Virus record (IMG/VR): IMGVR_UViG_3300017978_000047
Location: 1-31,422 of that record
DNA length: 31,422 bases
Source of the DNA: a virus
Direction: 5' to 3' (one strand)
In this document: one piece after another, positions 17,016 to 24,430 of the stretch
Layout of the letters: every line of letters begins with the position of its first letter
Position numbering within the stretch: the first letter of the stretch is position 1
Translations under genes and position numbers: made by a program
The notes under the pieces: model-generated
What the model was told of the DNA's origin: nothing
Seen by the model: only the letters and a program-made list of their open reading frames with translations
The model's database searches: none

Positions 17016-17194
17016 TGAAAGATTTAATCGACTTCAACAGATTTCAAATAGAAGCACTACAAGCAGAAATTTGTAAACTAAAACAGGAAAACAATTTACT
17101 ATCTACTTATTGCTTTGAAGCATTAGAAGAAGGAATTACACAAGAGTACAAAACATTAATCAAACAACAAATTTACGAAATTAAACAAAACTAA
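17015..17194 (+). CDS. small coiled-coil hypothetical protein (59 aa)
   Basis: MKDLIDFNRFQIEALQAEICKLKQENNLL... This is the ATG-initiated part of track ORF 16883..17194. That ORF's TTG start lies inside the promoter box. Confidence 0.55.
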   Translation: MKDLIDFNRFQIEALQAEICKLKQENNLLSTYCFEALEEGITQEYKTLIKQQIYEIKQN

Positions 17195-17196
17195 TT

Positions 17197-17808
17197 ATGA
17201 AAGTAGAATTGACATCAGGTAGCTTTACAAATAAAGAACTATCTTTAAACGAAAAATTAAGTAGAATACAAATTGAATTTAAAGCTAACAAATCAAGGTT
17301 TAACAGCTTTGGAAAATATAACTTTAGAAGTGCTGAAGATATATTAGAAGGTTTAAAACCATTCAATGAAAAGTATGGTGTATCTTTTACTATCACAGAA
17401 AGATTAATAGATGTTAATTCAAATTTACCTATTATGGAATCTACTGCTACTGTATATGACAACAACGGAATTAATGAACTATCAGCTATTGCAATTGTAG
17501 GTGTAGACTTAAACCAAAAAGGTATGCAAGTACCGCAACAATTTGGTTCTGCAAGTTCATACGCTAAAAAGTATGCATTAGGTAACCTATTACTAATTGA
17601 CGATACACAAGATGCTGATGCTAATAACAAACACGATAGCGGTATCAAAATAGCTGATCTGGTTGATGACAAAAAATGGTTAAACAAAAACACACCTGAA
17701 TTTACTAAATCAATTGAATACTTAAAAAGTGGTGGTAATATAGAAGCTATTGAAAAAAAGTATAAATTAGCCAAAGCAGTTAAAGACGAATTACTAAAAG
17801 TAAAATAA
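17197..17808 (+). CDS. erf: ERF-family single-strand annealing recombinase
   Basis: NSFGKYNFRSAEDILEGLKP and SSYAKKYALGNLLLIDD are characteristic ERF superfamily motifs. Confidence 0.75.
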   Translation: MKVELTSGSFTNKELSLNEKLSRIQIEFKANKSRFNSFGKYNFRSAEDILEGLKPFNEKYGVSFTITERLIDVNSNLPIMESTATVYDNNGINELSAIAIVGVDLNQKGMQVPQQFGSASSYAKKYALGNLLLIDDTQDADANNKHDSGIKIADLVDDKKWLNKNTPEFTKSIEYLKSGGNIEAIEKKYKLAKAVKDELLKVK

Positions 17809-18251
17809 TGGGAAGGTCGAGAAATATGCCAAGCCGAAAAAAAATATTTGAATATTGGCAAGATAAATTAGATAATGTGTATGATGACAATTCTTGTTTT
17901 AAATGTGGATTTGGTGGTAAAGAATATAATTATGCAATAGTAGACAGAGCCCACATACTTTCTGTATTTGATGGAGGTAGTGACGATGTAGAAAATATAC
18001 ATTTATTATGTAGTAATTGCCATAAAAAAAGTGAACCATATTCAGGTAGAATGTATTACGATTGGTTAAAAAGTGATACAGAAATTGAATTTGTTAAAAA
18101 AATAATGCTTGGATGGCATTTAGACGAATCTTATATTCCTGAAGAATTATCAAATAGATTTAAAATATGTAAAGAAAATTATATAAACCAATTTTCAGAA
18201 GAAAAATACATAGATTATATAAATCATTTAAAAGAATCAATAACAGGGTAG
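17808..18251 (+). CDS. HNH endonuclease (free-standing, homing-type)
   Basis: CFKCG...DRAHILSVFDGGSDDVENIHLLCSNCHKKSE gives an HNH core with flanking Cys pairs. There is a TAATG overlap with the ERF stop. Confidence 0.75.
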   Translation: MGRSRNMPSRKKIFEYWQDKLDNVYDDNSCFKCGFGGKEYNYAIVDRAHILSVFDGGSDDVENIHLLCSNCHKKSEPYSGRMYYDWLKSDTEIEFVKKIMLGWHLDESYIPEELSNRFKICKENYINQFSEEKYIDYINHLKESITG

Positions 18252-18300
18252 CCGAAAACTGAATAGAGTAGGCAAAGTAAACAATCAAAAAATAAATATT

Positions 18301-18597
18301 ATGGGAGCATTAATTAATGTAAGTTTAAGAGTAGACAAATTACCAAAAGAAAAATTTGTAGCAGGTAAAGATGGAGCAGTTTATTACAACTTCACTATCG
18401 GTATTAACGATGAAGCAAACCAATTCGGTCAAAATGTTTCTTTAACAGATTCACAAACTAAAGAAGAACGTGAAGCTAAAAAAGCTAAAAACTATATCGG
18501 TAACGGGTCAGTAGTTTGGACAGATGGAAACATTAAAGCTATTAAAAAGGATAATGTAGCACAAAAAGAAGAAGCTACTTCAGACCTCCCTTTTTAG
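18301..18597 (+). CDS. small SSB-like protein with a C-terminal acidic DLPF tip
   Basis: 98 aa with a beta-rich N-terminal part, a charged tail (KEEREAKKAKN...QKEEATS), and the ending SDLPF, which resembles the D-(I/L)-P-F protein-interaction tip of bacterial and phage SSBs. It lies between recombinase and helicase genes. Confidence 0.45.
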   Translation: MGALINVSLRVDKLPKEKFVAGKDGAVYYNFTIGINDEANQFGQNVSLTDSQTKEEREAKKAKNYIGNGSVVWTDGNIKAIKKDNVAQKEEATSDLPF

Positions 18598-18609
18598 ATT
18601 TATTAATTT

Positions 18610-18643
18610 GGGCAGGTTGGATTGGGATATCACCTGCCCTTTT
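18610..18643 (+). terminator. rho-independent terminator
   Basis: Stem GGGCAGGT (18610..18617) pairs with ACCTGCCC (18632..18639), followed by TTTTATATTTTTTT. The TTG-initiated N-terminal extension of track ORF 18608 is made of this hairpin. Confidence 0.75.
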
Positions 18644-18655
18644 ATATTTTTTTAT

Positions 18656-19177
18656 ATGAAAATTTGTTCTATTTGTAAAAAAGAAAAAGATTACTTACAA
18701 TTCTATAAAAATAAAAGTAAAAAAGATGGTTATTCATTTGACTGTAAATTATGCAGAAAAGAATACTTTTGTAAAAGTAAAAATGTAAGAAAAGATTATT
18801 TAGAAAGGAATAAAGAAAGAATAAAAGAATGGAGAAAAAACAATAGTAAAATCAATAAAGAAAAGAATCCTTTGTATAAACTACAATGTAATTTAAGAAG
18901 TTTGATTTCAAAATCAATAACAAGACAAGGTTATAGAAAAACATCAAAATCAAAACAAATACTTGGATGTGATTACATAGAGTTGAAGCAACATTTAGAA
19001 AGTAAATTTACAGAAGGAATGAATTGGGATAATTATGGAAAATGGCATATTGACCACATTTACCCATCATCATTAGCTGAAACTGAAGAAGAAATAATCA
19101 GGTTAAATCACTTTACTAATTTACAACCACTATGGGCAGAAGATAATATTAGAAAAGGAAACAAATTATGGAATTAG
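18656..19177 (+). CDS. HNH endonuclease (second copy, different family)
   Basis: It has an N-terminal Cys cluster (CSICKKEK...FDCKLCRKEY) and a C-terminal WHIDHIYPSS...NLQPLWAEDNIRKGNK HNH motif. The ATG at 18656 is preferred. Confidence 0.75.
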   Translation: MKICSICKKEKDYLQFYKNKSKKDGYSFDCKLCRKEYFCKSKNVRKDYLERNKERIKEWRKNNSKINKEKNPLYKLQCNLRSLISKSITRQGYRKTSKSKQILGCDYIELKQHLESKFTEGMNWDNYGKWHIDHIYPSSLAETEEEIIRLNHFTNLQPLWAEDNIRKGNKLWN

Positions 19178-20016
19178 ATAAAGATGCAGTACAACTTCTA
19201 ATGGAGATGTACGAAGATGAATTAAGAATAGACCCAACACAAAAAATAGAACATCCTGAACCAGCTTTATCTTTAGGTACAAAAACATACGAAACAAAAG
19301 ATGGTGTAAAAGAGTTTCCATTACCATTAGGAACATACGGAAACTTTAGCTTTGTACAAGCACCGCCTAAAAGCAAAAAGACATTCTTTATTTCACTTTT
19401 AAGTGCAGTATATATGAAAGGTAGACTTGATGCATTCGGTGGAGAATTACAAGGTTATAGCAACGGAAAACACCTGATACATTTTGATACAGAACAAGGA
19501 AACTTTCACGCTCAAATGGTTTTCAGAAGACCAATTGATATGACTGAAATAGACACAAAGAAATACCATACTTTTGCATTAAGACAATTAGGATTTAAAG
19601 AACGCATTCAATTTATAGAATGGTACTTGTACGAAAAGTTAGAAGGCAAAGATGTAGGTTTAGTAATTATAGATGGTGTAGCGGATTTATGTAGTGATGT
19701 AAATAACATTGAAGAATCAAATGCAGTAGTGCAGAAATTAATGAAATGGTCAAAGGAATTGAATTGCCACATTATAACAGTTATTCATAGTAACTTTGGT
19801 TCAGATAAACCTACAGGACATTTAGGAAGCTTTTTAGAAAAGAAAACAGAAACACAAATACAATTAGAACTTAACACAGTAAACAAAGATCTGGTAACGG
19901 TAAGCTGCAAAAGAAGTAGAAACGCATCGTTTGAAACGTTTAGCTTTAAAGTCAATAACTTTGGATTACCACAAGTAGAGGGAGCAGTTTACGACCCGTT
20001 AAAAGGTGTATTTTAA
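19168..20016 (+). CDS. DnaB-C-terminal/RepA-like RecA-fold ATPase (putative replicative helicase)
   Basis: It has a Walker A-like APPKSKKT (compare ARPSMGKT of DnaB), a Walker B LVIIDGVADL, and ITVIHSN. The N-terminal ~65 aa are unassigned. Confidence 0.5.
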   Translation: MELDKDAVQLLMEMYEDELRIDPTQKIEHPEPALSLGTKTYETKDGVKEFPLPLGTYGNFSFVQAPPKSKKTFFISLLSAVYMKGRLDAFGGELQGYSNGKHLIHFDTEQGNFHAQMVFRRPIDMTEIDTKKYHTFALRQLGFKERIQFIEWYLYEKLEGKDVGLVIIDGVADLCSDVNNIEESNAVVQKLMKWSKELNCHIITVIHSNFGSDKPTGHLGSFLEKKTETQIQLELNTVNKDLVTVSCKRSRNASFETFSFKVNNFGLPQVEGAVYDPLKGVF

Positions 20017-20026
20017 AATAAAAATT

Positions 20027-21100
20027 ATGAAACATAAGTTTAATTACAATTGGACATTGAAAGATGCAATTTTTACAAAAGACAAAGGAAAAGTATTTAG
20101 TTGTTTTGCTTGTGGTGGTGGTTCTACTATGGGATATAAATTAGCTGGTTTTGATGTTATTGGTCACAATGATATTGATATTAAAATGATTGAAGTTTAT
20201 AAAGAAAATCATAAACCAAAATTTAGTTTTCACGAATCAATTACTACTTTTGCAAAAAGAAAAGATTTACCAAAAGAATTATATAATTTAGATATTTTAG
20301 ATGGTTCACCACCTTGTAGTAGTTTTTCAATGTCTGGAAATAGAGAAAAAGATTGGGGTAAAGAAAAGAAATTTAGAGAAGGTCAAGAGTTACAAGTTTT
20401 AGACACTTTGTTTTTTGATTTTATTGATTTAGCAAAAGAATTACAGCCAAAAGTAATAGTTGCTGAAAACGTAAAAGGATTGTTAATGGGTTCTGCTAAA
20501 AATTATGTGATTGAAATATATAAATCTTTTGAAGAAGCTGGATATTATTGTCAACATTTTTTATTGAACGCTTCTAAAATGGGTGTTCCTCAAAGACGTG
20601 AAAGAGTATTTTTTATTTGTTTGCGAAAAGATTTAGCAAAACCATTTTTACATTGGCAGGATATGTTTACTGAAATCCCAAAAATTGAAATGGAGTTTGA
20701 AGAAATTGAAATACCATTTAAATATATATATGAAAAAGGTATATGTGACACAAATCATAAAAAAGAAAGTAGGTTATATAATTTTTGGTTAAAAAGAAAA
20801 GAAGGAGATACTGCTATGTCTGATATAGTTTTAAGAGAAGAGAATAGGCTGTCTATGTTTAATGTATGTTTAATTAAATCAAATGAAGTTCATCCTACTT
20901 ATGTAAGACAAGATAGGGGATTATTATTTGACGAATATAGAAGTGTAAACAAGTCAGAATCTTGTAAAATAGGAACTTTCCCAAAAGATTATAACTTTTT
21001 AAAATTAAATTATGGTTATCTAATTGGAATGAGTGTTCCGCCAGTAATGACTGCTCAAGTAGCTACAAATATATATGAACAATGGTTAAGTAAAATTTAA
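20027..21100 (+). CDS. DNA (cytosine-5)-methyltransferase
   Basis: Motif I is FSCFACGGGSTMGY, motif IV GSPPCSSFS, motif VI ENVKGL, motif VIII QRRERVFFI and motif X GMSVPPVM. The ATG at 20027 is preferred over the GTG at 20006. Confidence 0.9.
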   Translation: MKHKFNYNWTLKDAIFTKDKGKVFSCFACGGGSTMGYKLAGFDVIGHNDIDIKMIEVYKENHKPKFSFHESITTFAKRKDLPKELYNLDILDGSPPCSSFSMSGNREKDWGKEKKFREGQELQVLDTLFFDFIDLAKELQPKVIVAENVKGLLMGSAKNYVIEIYKSFEEAGYYCQHFLLNASKMGVPQRRERVFFICLRKDLAKPFLHWQDMFTEIPKIEMEFEEIEIPFKYIYEKGICDTNHKKESRLYNFWLKRKEGDTAMSDIVLREENRLSMFNVCLIKSNEVHPTYVRQDRGLLFDEYRSVNKSESCKIGTFPKDYNFLKLNYGYLIGMSVPPVMTAQVATNIYEQWLSKI

Positions 21101-21137
21101 AATTAAATTGTTAATAACTTTTAAATATATTTACAAA

Positions 21138-21437
21138 ATGAAAACAACAATAAAAAACCAAATACAAGAATTAAAAACTTCAGCATCACGATCTGGATTA
21201 ATATTTTGTGATAACAAAGTAATGTTTTCACTTATTCAAGAAATGCTTTTAAAGTTAGAACAAATTGAAGAATTAATTGAATTAGAAAATGAATTACATT
21301 TTACAGATGTAGCTGATGCAGTTAAGAATATGTATAAAAAGGATGAGAACCTTACACACGTGTATGTTAACTTTCAGGTTAGACCAGTAGAAGTAGAAAA
21401 AAAGTTTGGTGTAATTGATGCTAAATTATACCTATAA
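21138..21437 (+). CDS. hypothetical protein
   Basis: 99 aa starting MKTTIKNQ. The ATG at 21138 is preferred over the TTG at 21108. Confidence 0.65.
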   Translation: MKTTIKNQIQELKTSASRSGLIFCDNKVMFSLIQEMLLKLEQIEELIELENELHFTDVADAVKNMYKKDENLTHVYVNFQVRPVEVEKKFGVIDAKLYL

Positions 21438-21443
21438 AAATAT

Positions 21444-21490
21444 TAGTTTAAAGTAATCAGAAAAGAAGAATTGATTATTAATTTAAACTA
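21444..21490 (+). promoter_or_regulatory. AT-rich imperfect inverted repeat (15 paired bases) upstream of the membrane-protein/sigma gene pair
   Basis: TAGTTTAAA-g-TAATCA (21444..21459) pairs with TGATTA-ttaa-TTTAAACTA (21472..21490), with a 12-nt purine loop. It fills most of the 58-nt gap before the ATG at 21496. Confidence 0.45.
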
Positions 21491-21495
21491 TTTAT

Positions 21496-21708
21496 ATGAT
21501 TACAATTTTATTTGCTATTGCAGCAGTTTGTTGGATTGTCCTGATGATGATTCAAAAGTATGGTGGAGAATTAATTATAAACCCTATTATTGGTTTTATG
21601 GTTGGATGGCTTTACGATGGTGAAGAAGAAGATGGTGTAACTAATCACACTATTCAAGTCCTTTTGGGTGTAATATGTTTTACCATAGTTTGGGAAACTT
21701 ATGAGTAA
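21496..21708 (+). CDS. small membrane protein (70 aa)
   Basis: Hydrophobic segments are ITILFAIAAVCWIVLMMI, INPIIGFMVGWL and VLLGVICFTIVW, with an acidic loop DGEEEDG. Its stop overlaps the sigma gene start. Confidence 0.7.
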   Translation: MITILFAIAAVCWIVLMMIQKYGGELIINPIIGFMVGWLYDGEEEDGVTNHTIQVLLGVICFTIVWETYE

Positions 21709-22240
21709 CCAATGGTTGGCTAAAGTAGCTGTGTATCACGATGACTGGATTAAAGTGGTACAATCGTTTGGCGAATTTGATTACGCTGAAGACATAGTTC
21801 AAGAAAGTTATATTGCATTGTGGAAATATGCTGATGCAGAAAAGCTTTTAGATACGGATGGTGAAGTAAGAAAAGGATATATGTATTTTACACTACGTTC
21901 TTTATTTTACCAATACTATAACAAAAAGAAAAAAGTAAACAAAGTAGATGTAGATGGGTGTTGGGAATTATTCGATGATACAAACATAGAAGAACATAAA
22001 GCTTATAATGAAATATGTTTACTTATTGATGAAGAAATTAAAGATTGGAATTGGTACGATAGAAAACTATTTAAACTGTATAGAGATACAGATTTATCAA
22101 TGCGTGATATTTCAAAAGAAACAGGTATAAGTTTAATATCAATATTCCATTCATTAAAGAATCATAAAGCTATTTTAAAAGAAAAGTTTATGAAAGATTA
22201 TCAAGATTATATTACTAACGATTATAACTCAATTTACTAA
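21701..22240 (+). CDS. sigma-70 family (ECF-like, regions 2 and 4) RNA polymerase sigma factor
   Basis: Region 2-like AEDIVQESYIALWKY. Region 4-like RKLFKLYRDTDLSMRDISKETGISLISIFHSLKNHKAILKEKF, a helix-turn-helix. Confidence 0.6.
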   Translation: MSNQWLAKVAVYHDDWIKVVQSFGEFDYAEDIVQESYIALWKYADAEKLLDTDGEVRKGYMYFTLRSLFYQYYNKKKKVNKVDVDGCWELFDDTNIEEHKAYNEICLLIDEEIKDWNWYDRKLFKLYRDTDLSMRDISKETGISLISIFHSLKNHKAILKEKFMKDYQDYITNDYNSIY

Positions 22241-22242
22241 CT

Positions 22243-22632
22243 ATGGCAAAAGCAAGAACAAAAGCACCATCAAAAGGATTAGGTGACACAATTGAAAAGA
22301 TTACTGAAGCAACTGGAATTAAAGCAGCAGTAGAGGTATTCACAAAAGCAACTGGTATTGATTGCAAATGTGATGAAAGAAAAGCAATATTAAACAACTT
22401 GATACCTTATAGAAAAAAGGTTAATTGTTTAAACGAAGCAGACTACAATATGCTAACTGAATTCCTTAAACCAACAAAAGGAAGTTTAACACCAAATGAA
22501 CAATGGACTATTTCAGCAATTTATGAAAGAGTTTTCAATGTAAAATTAGAGCATTCAAGTTGTAGTTCTTGTTGGAGAGATACGCTTTCTGATTTAAGAA
22601 AAGTTTATAACGAATACAAGGTTAATGATTAA
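22243..22632 (+). CDS. hypothetical protein with CxC and CxxC pairs
   Basis: 129 aa. The N-terminus is GLGDTIEKITEATGIKAAVE. The Cys pairs DCKCD and CSSCW suggest a small metal-binding fold. Confidence 0.7.
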   Translation: MAKARTKAPSKGLGDTIEKITEATGIKAAVEVFTKATGIDCKCDERKAILNNLIPYRKKVNCLNEADYNMLTEFLKPTKGSLTPNEQWTISAIYERVFNVKLEHSSCSSCWRDTLSDLRKVYNEYKVND

Positions 22633-23017
22633 TTGGAATGAGGCTGACTTATTTGAGTTTTTACGCTCAAATGTATACCCTGATTTAGTTAAGTCAAAAA
22701 ATCAGATGTCAAGGTGGGATTGTTATAGTCCCACTTCAGGACATCGTATAGAACTAAAATGCAGGAAACGACATTACCCAACACTATTACTGGAAAAGAA
22801 GAAATATACAGCAATGATAGAAGAATGTGAAAAGCATTTAGATATTCCAATTTATATAAATTCAACACCTGAAGGGGTATTTAGTTTCAACTTGCATAAG
22901 ATAAACCCAACATTTGAAATAAATAATAAGAACCCTGCTACAACACAATTCTACAATAACAATAGAGTAGAAAAAGAAGTAGCATATTTAGAAATTAACG
23001 AAGCATTAAAACTATAA
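22625..23017 (+). CDS. hypothetical protein, possible PD-(D/E)xK nuclease fold
   Basis: 130 aa. WDCYSPTSGHRIELKCRK gives a D-x10-E-x-K arrangement after an N-terminal helix containing Glu. The assignment is weak and motif-only. Confidence 0.3.
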   Translation: MINWNEADLFEFLRSNVYPDLVKSKNQMSRWDCYSPTSGHRIELKCRKRHYPTLLLEKKKYTAMIEECEKHLDIPIYINSTPEGVFSFNLHKINPTFEINNKNPATTQFYNNNRVEKEVAYLEINEALKL

Positions 23018-23022
23018 AGATT

Positions 23023-23382
23023 ATGAACAACAACCCAATACAATTAGAATATTTAAAAAGCGTGTTACTATCACAGCTTCTATTAGAATGTAATGAAAAT
23101 TTACGCTATACAAAGCAATATAATGGTGCTTTAAAGCATTTACTTAACAAAGTGATATTACACCTTGAAAGTACAGTATATGATGAATACAGAAAGATTT
23201 ATAAAGCAGATGCAGAAATGACTACAAACATTTTAAATAGTATTGAAGATGTTATTATAAAATTAACCACTTCTGATCTGGATGAACTTGTAATGATTAA
23301 TGCAGTTATTGAAAAGTACAAAGAAAACAAAGAATGGTTTTTAGAATATGGTCAAGCTGAATTTTTAAGAATAGATGGCTAA
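23023..23382 (+). CDS. hypothetical protein
   Basis: 119-aa ORF that looks helical. Confidence 0.7.
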   Translation: MNNNPIQLEYLKSVLLSQLLLECNENLRYTKQYNGALKHLLNKVILHLESTVYDEYRKIYKADAEMTTNILNSIEDVIIKLTTSDLDELVMINAVIEKYKENKEWFLEYGQAEFLRIDG

Positions 23383-23629
23383 AAAGAAAATAGAAATCTA
23401 CTCGCCACATTACACACAGGTAAATGCTATGGTGTATTGTGTTAAACGTAACGTAGCTTATTCATTAGAAGCTAATACTAATAAAAGATTCTACATTGTA
23501 AAGTATATTCCAAGTGATTATAAGAATGTAATCTATTTAAAAGAGAATAACAAGAAAGTAGAGTTTAGTGAATATGAAGCAACCAAGAAAATAATGGAAT
23601 TATATGTTAACCAAAGCAAATTGATATGA
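23375..23629 (+). CDS. hypothetical protein
   Basis: 84-aa ORF overlapping both neighbours by a few nt. Confidence 0.7.
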   Translation: MAKKKIEIYSPHYTQVNAMVYCVKRNVAYSLEANTNKRFYIVKYIPSDYKNVIYLKENNKKVEFSEYEATKKIMELYVNQSKLI

Positions 23630-23847
23630 AAGTAAAAGATACAATGTCACAATGGATTGATGCACAAGTAAAAGATAGTGTAGTGCAATCAGTAATTAAT
23701 AAATTTAAACAACGTAGTGAAGTAGGAATAAAAAAATACAATACTACATTAGACCGTGAAGATTTAACAGATAAAGAATGGATTAATCACGCGCAAGAAG
23801 AAGCAATGGATCTTATTTTGTATTTAGAAAAACTTAAAAGACTATGA
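23626..23847 (+). CDS. hypothetical protein (weak resemblance to small all-alpha MazG-like NTP pyrophosphohydrolases)
   Basis: 73 aa. The pattern GIKKYNTTLDREDLTDKEWINHAQEEAMDLILYLEK recalls KYG...W..HA.EE..D...Y of MazG-like phage proteins. This is unverified. Confidence 0.3.
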   Translation: MKVKDTMSQWIDAQVKDSVVQSVINKFKQRSEVGIKKYNTTLDREDLTDKEWINHAQEEAMDLILYLEKLKRL

Positions 23848-23972
23848 AGCAATCACCCCTACAAAGAATTCAAAGAGTAATGAAATTCAATTACAATAGA
23901 GGTTTGAACTCTGAAAGAGTTAATTCAGTTTATAGAAAAATTATAAAGCAAAAATTAGAGGGTAGCAATTAG
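23844..23972 (+). CDS. small basic hypothetical protein (42 aa)
   Basis: MKQSPLQRIQRVMKFNYNRGLNSERVNSVYRKIIKQKLEGSN. There is an ATGA overlap with the upstream stop, and the ORF ends inside the following terminator stem. Confidence 0.4.
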   Translation: MKQSPLQRIQRVMKFNYNRGLNSERVNSVYRKIIKQKLEGSN

Positions 23973-23987
23973 CTATCCTTTTTTTTT
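23960..23987 (+). terminator. rho-independent terminator
   Basis: Stem GGGTAGC (23960..23966) pairs with GCTATCC (23972..23978) with one G-U pair. The loop is AATTA and is followed by T9. Confidence 0.75.
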
Positions 23988-24028
23988 AAATTTTTTAGTA
24001 ATTTATTTTTTTATGTAAATAACTTGTT

Positions 24029-24036
24029 TATATTTG
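24029..24036 (+). promoter_or_regulatory. Bacteroidota-type -7 promoter box TATATTTG
   Basis: Matches TAnnTTTG within TTTATATTTGCTATCA. It lies 41 nt after the terminator and 23 nt before the ATG at 24060. Confidence 0.55.
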
Positions 24037-24059
24037 CTATCAGAAAACAAAGATATACT

Positions 24060-24200
24060 ATGAAAACAACAAAAGAACAATTAGAAAAAGAGTTAAAAGA
24101 TTTAGAAATTTCTTTTAAAACAAAAAATTCAGGAATGAGTGTAAATGAATACTCAAGTTATTACAATCAATTATCAAAAAAGATTAAATCAATTAAATAA
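24060..24200 (+). CDS. small hypothetical protein (46 aa)
   Basis: MKTTKEQLEKELKDLEISFKTKNSGMSVNEYSSYYNQLSKKIKSIK. It is the first ORF after the promoter box and is below the track cutoff. Confidence 0.5.
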   Translation: MKTTKEQLEKELKDLEISFKTKNSGMSVNEYSSYYNQLSKKIKSIK

Positions 24201-24244
24201 TAAAACAGGGGTGCGACTGTAACGCACATTTAAAACCAAATACT

Positions 24245-24430
24245 ATGACAAAGCAAGAAATCAAAACAGAATTAGAGAATGTAATCTATGTTTTAGAAAC
24301 ATTAGAAAATGATTACGCAGCACTTAAACTAAAAGCAGTACTATCAGCTTTAGAACACGACTGGATGCAATCAGCATACTTTACAAACGAAATAGACACT
24401 ATCTTAAACTACGAACAACATAATGAATGA
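24245..24430 (+). CDS. hypothetical protein
   Basis: 61-aa acidic helical ORF. Confidence 0.65.
   Translation: MTKQEIKTELENVIYVLETLENDYAALKLKAVLSALEHDWMQSAYFTNEIDTILNYEQHNE

Noticed and set aside
16363-21137. N-terminal extensions in the ORF track that begin at TTG/GTG (16363, 16883, 18608, 20006, 21108) or at an overlapping ATG (6024)
   Set aside because: The TTG at 16363 and the TTG at 16883 are the TTG of TAnnTTTG boxes. The extension from 18608 is translated from a terminator hairpin. In each case an in-frame ATG with an A-rich leader lies a few codons downstream, so I used the ATG starts.
24211-24231. Short GC hairpin GTGCG-actgtaa-CGCAC between ORFs 24060..24200 and 24245..24430
   Set aside because: The stem is 5 bp and is followed by ATTTAAAA rather than a T run. 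It sits 13 nt before the next ATG. It could modulate translation, but the evidence is too thin to annotate.
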